Below, one piece after another: positions 9,844 through 18,040 of a stretch of DNA of 64,000 nucleotides. The notes under the pieces were generated by a model. It did no database searches and had not been told where the DNA came from. It was given only the letters and a program-made list of their open reading frames with translations. The first letter of the stretch is position 1. Every line of letters begins with the position of its first letter. A program made the translations under genes and the position numbers. The DNA is from Candidatus Yonathbacteria bacterium RIFCSPHIGHO2_02_FULL_44_14 (GTDB lineage Bacteria; Patescibacteriota; Minisyncoccia; Phycocordibacterales; UBA1550), in the NCBI GenBank assembly GCA_001823535.1, contig MHUT01000011.1, positions 9,864 through 73,863 of the forward strand. The letters run 5' to 3'.

Positions 9844-11283
9844 TTAAATTACTTCCACCATCACCATGTTCGTTCCTCCGGTATGCCCAAATGGCACGCC
9901 AGCCGCCACTACCACCTTGTCTCCCTTCTTTGCAAGCTTATGCTTGAGTACATAGGCACGAACAACCTTCATGACATCAGAAACATTCGTAAAGTTGTCA
10001 ATACGTGCGGGAAAACACCCAAACACAAGTCCGAGCTGTCGTATCACATGCCCCTTCGGGCTCATGGCAATGACCGGCTGTGCTGGGCGGTAGCGCGACA
10101 CCATACGTGCAGTGAGTCCCGACTCAGAAAGCGCGATAATCGCTTTTGCGCCGACGGTCGACGCAGTACTCACCACAGAAAAAGTAACAGCGTCCACGAC
10201 ATCCCTACGATGAGTGCTATTGTCAGTTTCAGATGTGAATATGTCGCCATAAAGCGCCTCGTGGTGTGGATAATTCTTTTCTGCAATCTCTGCAATATCG
10301 GACATCATCTTTACGGTTTCAACCGGGTATTCACCGAGTGCGCTTTCTTCTGAAAGCATTACTGCATCTGCTCCATCAAGAATTGAATTTGCGACATCGG
10401 ATACTTCAGCACGTGTTGGCACGGGCGACTTGATCATCGACTCCATCATTTGTGTTGCAACAATGACCGGCTTGCCAGCAACATTACATTTCTCAATAAT
10501 CATTTTTTGGAGAATCGGCACCTCTTGCGCAGGAACCTCTACTGCAAGATCTCCGCGCGCAATCATCACACCGTCAGTTTCAGCAATAATCGAATCGATG
10601 TTCTCGATTGCTTCACCTGTCTCGATTTTTGCGATAATTTTTGCTGTTGATTTTGCTTTTGTAAGAATAGCGCGCAGCTCACGAATATCGGATGCACGCC
10701 GGACAAACGAGAGTGCGACATAGTCGACCTTATGTTCAATACCAAAAAGAACATCCTTTTTATCTTTTGCGGTTAGACAACTGATCTTGAGGGATACCCC
10801 AGGGAGGTTTACCCCTCGACGACCCTTGATTTCGCCACCCACAATAATACGACATTTGATTTCAGTACCCACCACAGAGATTACATCAAACCGTTTTTTC
10901 CCGTCATCAAGCAAAATTGCATCACCTTTTTTAAGTTCCTTTGGCAAATCAGCATAATTCACATATGCCTTGCCTTCATCACCAAGGCATTTTTTTGTAG
11001 TGAGCGTAAAAATACCTCCCTTTTTAAGCGTCACACGCTCTTGATAAAGATCACCGATGCGAATCTTTGGACCTGAAAGATCTTGCAGGATTGCAGTTGG
11101 GGTGCCAAGCTTTTCTGCTGCAGCGCGAATATTTTTCACTTGCACAAGCGCACCCTCGTGAGTACCGTGAGAAAAATTCAAACGACAAACATTCATTCCC
11201 GCTTTTATAAGATTGGTTAGCATTGCCTCGCTTTCAGATGCGGGGCCAATTGTTGCTACGATTTTCGTCTTTTTCATTGTCAT
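9844..11283 (-). CDS. pyk: Pyruvate kinase (start 11283 or 11277)
   Basis: TKIVATIGPAS, RLNFSHG, MIARGDLAVE, ATQMMESM, PTRAEVSDVAN. Confidence 0.97.
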   Translation of the reverse strand: MTMKKTKIVATIGPASESEAMLTNLIKAGMNVCRLNFSHGTHEGALVQVKNIRAAAEKLGTPTAILQDLSGPKIRIGDLYQERVTLKKGGIFTLTTKKCLGDEGKAYVNYADLPKELKKGDAILLDDGKKRFDVISVVGTEIKCRIIVGGEIKGRRGVNLPGVSLKISCLTAKDKKDVLFGIEHKVDYVALSFVRRASDIRELRAILTKAKSTAKIIAKIETGEAIENIDSIIAETDGVMIARGDLAVEVPAQEVPILQKMIIEKCNVAGKPVIVATQMMESMIKSPVPTRAEVSDVANSILDGADAVMLSEESALGEYPVETVKMMSDIAEIAEKNYPHHEALYGDIFTSETDNSTHRRDVVDAVTFSVVSTASTVGAKAIIALSESGLTARMVSRYRPAQPVIAMSPKGHVIRQLGLVFGCFPARIDNFTNVSDVMKVVRAYVLKHKLAKKGDKVVVAAGVPFGHTGGTNMVMVEVI

Positions 11284-11382
11284 GGCGGTGATGTTTAAAT
11301 TCAGATAAGTAAGCCTGAATATTACCAAAATTTTGCAATTTCCCCAAATTTTGTTATTATGCAACCTGTATTCCACGTAGCC

Positions 11383-11467
11383 GAATCAGCTGATTCCGAA
11401 TTAGTAAATTCGTGTCTTGGACATAAACATCAGCAGGTTCACATCTTGGATGAAAGCTTGGCCATAA
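11383..11467 (-). repeat. Cluster of CAA double-hairpin motifs (full copy B at 11397-11423 plus partial copies)
   Basis: TGTC-CAA-GACA CGAATT-TACT-AATTCG; also CATC-CAA-GATG (11442-11452), GGC-CAA-GCT and GAATC-AGCT-GATTC. Confidence 0.7.
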
Positions 11468-11507
11468 TCGTGGCAAATCCAAATATGCTTTTCGTAGAAT
11501 CAAATCG

Positions 11508-11730
11508 TAAATATTCCGCGGTAGCTCAGTGGCAATAGGAATTAGCCAAGCGACTGGTTTTAACAGTCGAGAACGAGCTACGGGAATCCAGGGTTTATAT
11601 AGAAGTTAAATATTCCGCGGTAGCTCAGTGGCAATAGGAATTAGCCAAGCGACTGGTTTTAACAGTCGAGAACAAGCTACGGGAATCCAGGGTTTATATA
11701 GAAGTTAAATATTCCGCGGTAGCTCAGTGG
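11508..11730 (+). repeat. 99-bp tandem repeat (2 units plus 25-nt partial) containing the tRNA-Asn 5' end
   Basis: Units 11508-11606 and 11607-11705 differ at one site (G11575/A11674); taaatattccgcggtagctcagtgg occurs three times. Confidence 0.92.
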
Positions 11731-11784
11731 TAGAGCAAGCGACTGTTAATCGCTTGGTCGTAGGTTCGATCCCTACCCGCGGAG
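11713..11784 (+). tRNA. tRNA-Asn(GTT), CCA not encoded
   Basis: Acceptor TCCGCGG/CCGCGGA, D-arm GCTC-AGTGGTA-GAGC, anticodon arm AGCGA-CTGTTAA-TCGCT, T-arm GTAGG-TTCGATC-CCTAC. Confidence 0.97.
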
Positions 11785-11797
11785 CAAAAAAACAATA

Positions 11798-11827
11798 GCA
11801 CCCCTTCCTCGGGGTGTTTTTTGTTTT
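11798..11827 (+). terminator. Terminator after tRNA-Asn
   Basis: gcacccc-ttcctc-ggggtgt followed by T-run. Confidence 0.75.
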
Positions 11828-11993
11828 GAATAGCTTCCGCGCGGGTAGGGATCGAACCGAAGTCCCACCATTTTGGGAATGAGAGTATTCTCGAAGACCT
11901 ACAAAATGGACGGCCTCGACAGTAAGGGGAGGTGTCACTAAATCTTTTCCGCGCATGCAATGCTCGTACAAAAGTGCAATGACTACTTATTAT

Positions 11994-13358
11994 CTATTGA
12001 GTAGTGGATGCGACAGTAAAGGTTGCCGTTCCCGAGGCAAATGATGCCCAATCTTCGGTCTGATCAGAGCTATGTGAACGGCCGTATATCCAAACAGAAT
12101 ACTCCTTGTCGAGGATTAAAGCTGGGCCGTCATACACCTTGGAAATAGTAGGACCAGATGAAGTAAAGGGTGTTAGCATTCGCTGCGAACTACTTCCATC
12201 ACTAGGCGCCACAATAACCCAGTAGCCTAGCGATTGAGATGAGCCACCTGCTGGCTGCCACCTAAATGTTGGGTTTAATGAACCGGAAGATTCAACAACA
12301 ATAGGAGTTTGGATTGGGAACGTTCCAATAAGAGTTGATGTTGAGGTTCGAGTAGCCGGTCCTTCTGTGCCTAAAGCACTAACTGCTGTCACATAATATA
12401 AGTACTCACCTACAGCATAACTGGAAACTGGTTGCGAACTAGTGCGAGATAAATACCACATGGAACCTGGGCAACCTGTTGGCCCACCACCTAGCGAGGT
12501 GAGGACCCATGTTCCGTATGTTCTTTTGGTAGAGCAAGAGGTAATCTCTGATGGATCAGTAAATTCTCCAACAAGATTAAAAGTAGAATCCTGTGGTCTT
12601 TTTTGATACAAGCGGAATGCGCTCACATTGGAGAGATTATTTATGTCAAACTTAAAATTTAAACTTTCTGATGCCTTCACCCAATTGCTCACACCGCTCC
12701 CTATGCCGAATCATACCCTAAGTTCCGTTGGTGCGGGCAAGGAAGCTATTGGAGGGGGTATGATTTCATCAGTTGTTGTTGCTGTTGCGGGTTGGGATGT
12801 AACAATCTCGGTAGAAGATGCAAAGCGCCACCCGCTTGCGCCAGGATTTGCGAGAGCCAAGAACTTTCCACTTGCCTTTTCGTAATACTGGCAGGAAGAA
12901 CCACCGTCACCACAGGCAGCCTGATTACCATTCTGTTCAAGGAAAGAAATAACTTCATAGTCATTCCCTTGGCGAGAATAATGAAATTTGTGTTCATCAA
13001 CATCAATGGGGTCCGAAGGAATAGCGGATATATATTTTGGTACAAGTCCGGGGATCCATTCTGGATTGCCGTTCAAATATTCAACACCATCTCCACCAGG
13101 AGGTAATCCTCCGTTGTCATTTTGATAGAGTGCAACAGCATTCGTAATCTGGTTTACACTAGCTACTCGCTGAGCATCACGCGCTTTCTCACGAGCAGTG
13201 TTCAATTTTGCGATAACAATAGAGCTCAAGATTCCAACAATTGCAACAACAACAAGGATTTCAATAAGTGTAAATCCCCAATCGTGCAACCTATCCTTAA
13301 TTTTTTTGATATGGCTTCTGCGCTACAATCTCTCTTTGATGTTTATTTCTTTTGTCAT
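11994..13358 (-). pseudogene. Type IV pilin/GspG-like domain fused to FN3/Ig-like region, with two in-frame stops
   Basis: GFTLIEILVVVAIVGILSSIV, KARDAQR, IPSDP; ATG 13358, TAG 13323-13325 and TGA 12711-12713 share one frame that continues into 11994..12692. Confidence 0.65.
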
Positions 13359-13553
13359 AGTTATATAATTATAACATAATGGACTCAAGCCCCTAATGTT
13401 CGCAAGTCATTTCCGCAACGGCATTTTCTAGCCTTCTCTCAATCCCCTTCCAATTCAAAGTTCTGAACTTGTGTACTATTGGAAACATCAAAACAAAAGC
13501 ACCTTAGTGCAACGCGTTTGTTTTCGTTGCGTGGCTGTGGTTTAATTGACAAC

Positions 13554-14717
13554 ATGACAATCGAAACAATACCGGAGGCACAGGATCTTGAAAAAGATAA
13601 ACTTATTGATCCCCGCGCGTATGAAGTCGCTGACTGTGGAAATTATGCGGAGATCGTAAACACGCTTACCAAAGAAAATTTACTCAACGAGGAGATCGAG
13701 CGAGTACAAGATTGCTACAAAACGACCCTCGAACATGCGGTATGGATGACCGAGAAAGACTGGGAGATGCTTACGGTCATGGACTGCTATGACAACCGGA
13801 CAGCGCACCACTGCGTAGAGACGCTCCGCATCGCAGAAGACAGGATCGAGCGATTCAAGGCGGGTGGAAAAAAGTTTTCTGAATTAATAAAAGACGAGGA
13901 GGTCCCACTCGATGAATTTTTTCGCGCATGCTTGTTCCATGACATCGGGAAATGCCTTATTCCACGCGCTATTTTAAATAATTCCTTTTTCGATGAAGAT
14001 TTCGACACTCAGCTTTGTAACGACATTTTTCGAGGCGGCAAAAAAGAGTTTCTCGCTGCTATTGAAAAAACAACAGGACATATTTTCGAGGGGGAAGGAA
14101 ATGACATGGATCTACGTGAATATTTGCGAACGAACCACGTTCACACGATGCGGTATGTTCCTGCAATAGAAATGTTGAGCGAGGAGGATATTAATGTTGC
14201 GCGCGAGCGCTTTCCGAGTCTCAATTTTTCAAAAGCGACCCTTGCAGATATTCTTGAATTTCACGAAGAAAATTCGGAAAATATATTACTTGCTCAAGGG
14301 TTTGATATGGCGGCCAATATTGCGGGTAAGCACCACAACTACCGCAAACTAGAGATGCGTTTCCCTGTGAGTACAGACATCCTCGGGGTGACCATCGCAC
14401 TCGAGGAGCTCCTCACACTCTCAGACATGAAGCAAGCGTTGTCAGCGAAACGCTCTTACAAAAACTCTCTGAATTCACCATTGATCCTTCATAATCTTAT
14501 ATTTGAGGCAGAGAGGCACGAGATCAGTCCTGTCATAACAAGTTTGTGGGTCGAGCAAGAGCTTGCGCTTATTTCCTCCGAAGAACGTCGAGGGCATGAT
14601 GAGCAAACAATCTTTGCGATTCATGAATGCGAAGAATTCATAAAAAAACACCAATCGCTGGTTGAAGATTTTGTTAATGCTATCCAAAACAAAACTGTTG
14701 AAACGAGTACTTACTAG
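13554..14717 (+). CDS. HD-domain phosphohydrolase, HD-GYP-like
   Basis: TAHHCVET, FHDIGK, FHEE, KHHNY, SDMKQALSAKRSYK. Confidence 0.75.
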   Translation: MTIETIPEAQDLEKDKLIDPRAYEVADCGNYAEIVNTLTKENLLNEEIERVQDCYKTTLEHAVWMTEKDWEMLTVMDCYDNRTAHHCVETLRIAEDRIERFKAGGKKFSELIKDEEVPLDEFFRACLFHDIGKCLIPRAILNNSFFDEDFDTQLCNDIFRGGKKEFLAAIEKTTGHIFEGEGNDMDLREYLRTNHVHTMRYVPAIEMLSEEDINVARERFPSLNFSKATLADILEFHEENSENILLAQGFDMAANIAGKHHNYRKLEMRFPVSTDILGVTIALEELLTLSDMKQALSAKRSYKNSLNSPLILHNLIFEAERHEISPVITSLWVEQELALISSEERRGHDEQTIFAIHECEEFIKKHQSLVEDFVNAIQNKTVETSTY

Positions 14718-14793
14718 AAATTACATATTCAAATAATTATCCAATTATCCATAAACTGGGAATTGTTCCTTTTGGAGTGATCTACTATTTCGT

Positions 14794-15521
14794 ATGGAAA
14801 AGATAATGAACACATCCTCCTCTCATGTCGAAGTACATTCAAATACATCTGGGCGACAACTTAATTGGCTTAGGGCGGCAGTGCTCGGCGCCAACGATGG
14901 CATTGTCTCTATCGCAGCTCTTGTAGTCGGTGTCGCAGGAGCGTCTGAATCTTTGAATTTCATTCTCGCTGCGGGTATATAGCGGGGATTCTCGCCGGTG
15001 CACTCTCGATGGCGGTTGGCGAGTATGTTTCCGTGAGCACACAGAGAGACACTGAGCGAGCGCTTATAGCAAAAGAGTTGCACGAACTCGAAAATGAAGC
15101 TGAGCACGAGTTAAACGAGCTGGTAATGCTCTATGAGGCGAAAGGACTGACACACAGAACAGCTACCACTGTCGCACAGGAACTCACCGCACACGACGCC
15201 TTTGTGGCCCATGTTGACGCAGAGCTACACATTGACCCCAACAATCTAACCAATCCATGGCACGCAGCATTTGCATCTGCCTCATCATTCTTTTTTGGTG
15301 CAATGATACCCCTTGTTGCAGTAATTGTTCCCTCACCAACACTGCGTGTCCCCGTCACTTTTATTGCGGTTCTCTTTGCGCTCGTGATTACAGGTTCACT
15401 CAGTGCCCACACAGGCGGCGCAAACAAAACACGCGCAACAATAAGAGTTGTGTTTGGAGGTGCGCTTGCCATGGTAATAACCTTTGCTGTTGGAAAACTT
15501 TTTAGCATTAATGGAGTGTAA
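14794..15521 (+). pseudogene. VIT1/CCC1 family Fe/Mn transporter, frameshifted
   Basis: WLRAAVLGANDGIVS in the first ORF, SMAVGEYVSVSTQRD in the second; 2 extra nt in TATATA 14976-14981. Confidence 0.85.
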
Positions 15522-15585
15522 TTGCATTCGCCGCGATCCAAGCAGACTGGTTGTATAATTCTCGAAAATTCCCTAAAATGAGATA

Positions 15586-16461
15586 ATGAAGAAATTCGCG
15601 GAAGAGAACCCTTTTTTTGTTGCATTACCAATAGCTATTATTGTTTTTTTCAGCGTCCTCACGTGGGGAATGTCCATGTTGCGACAGCCCCAAACTCCAG
15701 ACTTATGGGGATCCTTGGCCGCTGTTGTGGTATCGCAGGATGAAACAATATCTACCACTACGCCACACATTGTTGATATGCATCCACGTTTCGAATACAT
15801 AGAAGTACTTGATAGCTGCGGACCATACTATACGGGAGCCTGTGTCAATATGCGTTCAGGACCTGGCGAGGAATATCCGATAATTGGGCGCCTGCGCACT
15901 GGCGTAGTGCTCAAGGTTGCGGACACGGTGATACAGGATGAACATGCGTGGCATAGGATTATGTTTGACGAGGGTGTGCGGTATCCTGAACGAGTAACGG
16001 GAGACTGGTATGTTTCTGCTGATTATGTGCAATTGTTCACAGACAAAGGCGACGAGATTTTGGCGACTCACGCAGACGGCAAAAATGCTAAACTCATTAT
16101 CGTAGACCTTTCTGAACAAATGCTATACGCCTACGATGACGACACATTGTTTATGCAAGAACCAATCTCGACGGGTCTTGAGTTTACACCAACACCCCGT
16201 GGCACATTTACGGTGTTCAAGAAAACTCCGAGCCGTTACATGCAGGGTCCGATACCTGATGTTAGCGATCAATACTTTGACCTGCCTGGTGTACCTTGGG
16301 ATCTATATTTCACCAATGAGGGAGCAGTCATCCACGGTGCCTACTGGCACGATAATTTTAGTAAACCGTGGTCTCACGGATGCGTCAATTTATCGCCCCA
16401 AAAAGCAAAGGAACTCTATCAATGGGCCAATATCGGCACGTCTATTATCGTGCGTGATTGA
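15586..16461 (+). CDS. L,D-transpeptidase (YkuD family) with SH3b-like domain
   Basis: VNMRSGPG, IVDLSEQMLY, ISTG, TPRGTF, IHGAYWH, SHGCVNL. Confidence 0.9.
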   Translation: MKKFAEENPFFVALPIAIIVFFSVLTWGMSMLRQPQTPDLWGSLAAVVVSQDETISTTTPHIVDMHPRFEYIEVLDSCGPYYTGACVNMRSGPGEEYPIIGRLRTGVVLKVADTVIQDEHAWHRIMFDEGVRYPERVTGDWYVSADYVQLFTDKGDEILATHADGKNAKLIIVDLSEQMLYAYDDDTLFMQEPISTGLEFTPTPRGTFTVFKKTPSRYMQGPIPDVSDQYFDLPGVPWDLYFTNEGAVIHGAYWHDNFSKPWSHGCVNLSPQKAKELYQWANIGTSIIVRD

Positions 16462-16517
16462 TTAAAAACCAAACTCAAATCCTTGCGTGTATTATATATA
16501 TGTGTTAGCGTCAACCA

Positions 16518-17114
16518 ATGATACCATATATTAGTGCGCCAATAATTTATCCGGCCAGCGCGCCGTTTGAGATTAGTATCGCAAAAGCTCCAACGGTCCC
16601 CTTTTATTCTCAATTTAAGGATATTCAGTCTTTGAGTTGGAAAAAAAATGGTTGCGGAATAGCCAGTATGGCAATGCTGATTGAATTTTACAAACCCGGA
16701 ACCGTGTCAGTGGATAAATTACTAACGCAAGCTATTGCATCAGGTGCTTACAAGCAGGATGCTGGTTGGAAACACAGGGAGCTTGCTCTCCTGTCTAAAA
16801 AATACGGACTTGAAGGAAAAAACTATGACCTTTCAAATTCTGACAAAAACGTTGCCTTTGCACAGTTCAAAGATTTTTTAGAAGACGGCCCCGTAATAGC
16901 ATCCGTGTATAATAAGTTTGACCCAAAAAGTACGGTACCTCATCTGGTGGTCATAAACGGCATCAAGGGAGACACTGTCTACTATAATGACCCGGCCGCC
17001 AAAACTGCGGGAAAAGAAATTTCCACTGCCGATTTTCTCAAAGGTTGGAAAAAAAGATTCATAGTTGTAAGACCGGCAAAAGAGAGCAATAAGATTATAC
17101 TAACCAAAAAATAG
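16518..17114 (+). CDS. Peptidase C39-like protein
   Basis: VPFYSQ, GCGIASMAM, HLVVING, YYNDP. Confidence 0.85.
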   Translation: MIPYISAPIIYPASAPFEISIAKAPTVPFYSQFKDIQSLSWKKNGCGIASMAMLIEFYKPGTVSVDKLLTQAIASGAYKQDAGWKHRELALLSKKYGLEGKNYDLSNSDKNVAFAQFKDFLEDGPVIASVYNKFDPKSTVPHLVVINGIKGDTVYYNDPAAKTAGKEISTADFLKGWKKRFIVVRPAKESNKIILTKK

Positions 17115-17137
17115 ATTTAATATTTTTCATTAATTAC

Positions 17138-17521
17138 ATGCAAGAAAGTTTCCCAAACCCAATTGAAGAAAGAGAGCGAGTCAGACTAGAGTATGTCGCT
17201 CTGGCTATTGAGCTTAGCGAAAGCAACGAAATCTTTCCTTTTCCTGGAATCGACCCGGAAGGATATTCAAAAGTAAAAGCTGTTGAGGAGGAATATCCGG
17301 GTTACGGCACACCGATAGACGAACTAATTGGGAGATTTAAAAATGAAGGGATAAAGGTTGTCATGAGCGACGACCCCAAAAAAAGTGGCACTGTTTATAT
17401 CTTACCAGCACTGAGTAGTGATATTGAAAATGACAACGTTTTCCCGAGACAACTGCAAATAGTTGAAACGGTGGACGAGAGACTGAAGAAGTTGATTTTA
17501 ATAGGACGAAGTCGTGTGTAA
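17138..17521 (+). CDS. Hypothetical protein
   Basis: 127-aa acidic ORF co-oriented with neighbours. Confidence 0.65.
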   Translation: MQESFPNPIEERERVRLEYVALAIELSESNEIFPFPGIDPEGYSKVKAVEEEYPGYGTPIDELIGRFKNEGIKVVMSDDPKKSGTVYILPALSSDIENDNVFPRQLQIVETVDERLKKLILIGRSRV

Positions 17522-17569
17522 AAAACGGGGGGATTATTAAAGTAGCAACTTCCCCCTCAACTTAGTAGC

Positions 17570-17598
17570 TTGACTTTTTTAGCTGGATATGCTAAACT
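17570..17598 (+). promoter_or_regulatory. Probable sigma70 promoter of the cold-shock gene, long 5' UTR
   Basis: TTGACT-17 nt-TAAACT with TG extension, about 130 nt upstream of ATG 17728. Confidence 0.55.
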
Positions 17599-17644
17599 GT
17601 AACTACAAAAGTAGTAGGGAGAGGTTGTAGGGAGATGTCGATTT

Positions 17645-17671
17645 CGAATCAACTGATTCGTGGCTTGGCCA
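17645..17671 (-). repeat. 27-nt CAA double-hairpin motif, copy C (in csp 5' UTR)
   Basis: TGGC-CAA-GCCA CGAATC-AGTT-GATTCG. Confidence 0.75.
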
Positions 17672-17727
17672 TAAACTAAGTCGCGGCTATATTTTGTATA
17701 TTAGTTAGGTTAAATAAATTAAATTTT

Positions 17728-17925
17728 ATGAAAGGTATTGTAAAAAAAGTTACTGACAAGGGTTTTGGTTTTATCACCGCAGAAGGTTTGGACAAGGATT
17801 TGTTCTTCCACTCAAACTCACTCGTAGGTGTTGCATTTGACGACATTCGTGAGGGTGACGAAGTTACTTTCGAGACCGAAGATGGTCCTAAAGGGAAGAG
17901 CGCAGTAAACGTAGAGCGCGTATAA
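17728..17925 (+). CDS. Cold-shock domain protein
   Basis: KGFGFIT (RNP1), DLFFHSN (RNP2), GPKG. Confidence 0.95.
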   Translation: MKGIVKKVTDKGFGFITAEGLDKDLFFHSNSLVGVAFDDIREGDEVTFETEDGPKGKSAVNVERV

Positions 17926-17931
17926 TGACTC

Positions 17932-17971
17932 AACAAAAGACCCATCGGCATATGCCGATGGGTCTTTTGTT
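17932..17971 (+). terminator. Terminator (perfect 40-bp palindrome)
   Basis: aacaaaagacccatcggcat|atgccgatgggtcttttgtt. Confidence 0.75.
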
Positions 17972-18040
17972 TTTATATATCACAATGTAGTGCAAGTTGC
18001 GCACATTAGGTGTAAAATTAAAAAGTACAAATCGCACACC

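Noticed and set aside
11508-11730. Possible CRISPR array (25-nt repeat x3)
   Set aside because: The 74-nt spacers are near-identical, the repeat is the tRNA 5' end, and no cas genes are in the window
12711-12713. TGA recoding (genetic code 25)
   Set aside because: TGA terminates intact genes here (16461, 38733, 46827, 59910) and conserved genes have no internal TGA
11785-17521. tRNA-anchored integrative island
   Set aside because: No integrase and no direct repeat of the tRNA 3' end found; only an inverted copy
17932-17971. Perfect loopless palindromes (also 49737-49774) as mobile elements
   Set aside because: Position directly after probably highly expressed genes with flanking A/T runs fits intrinsic terminators
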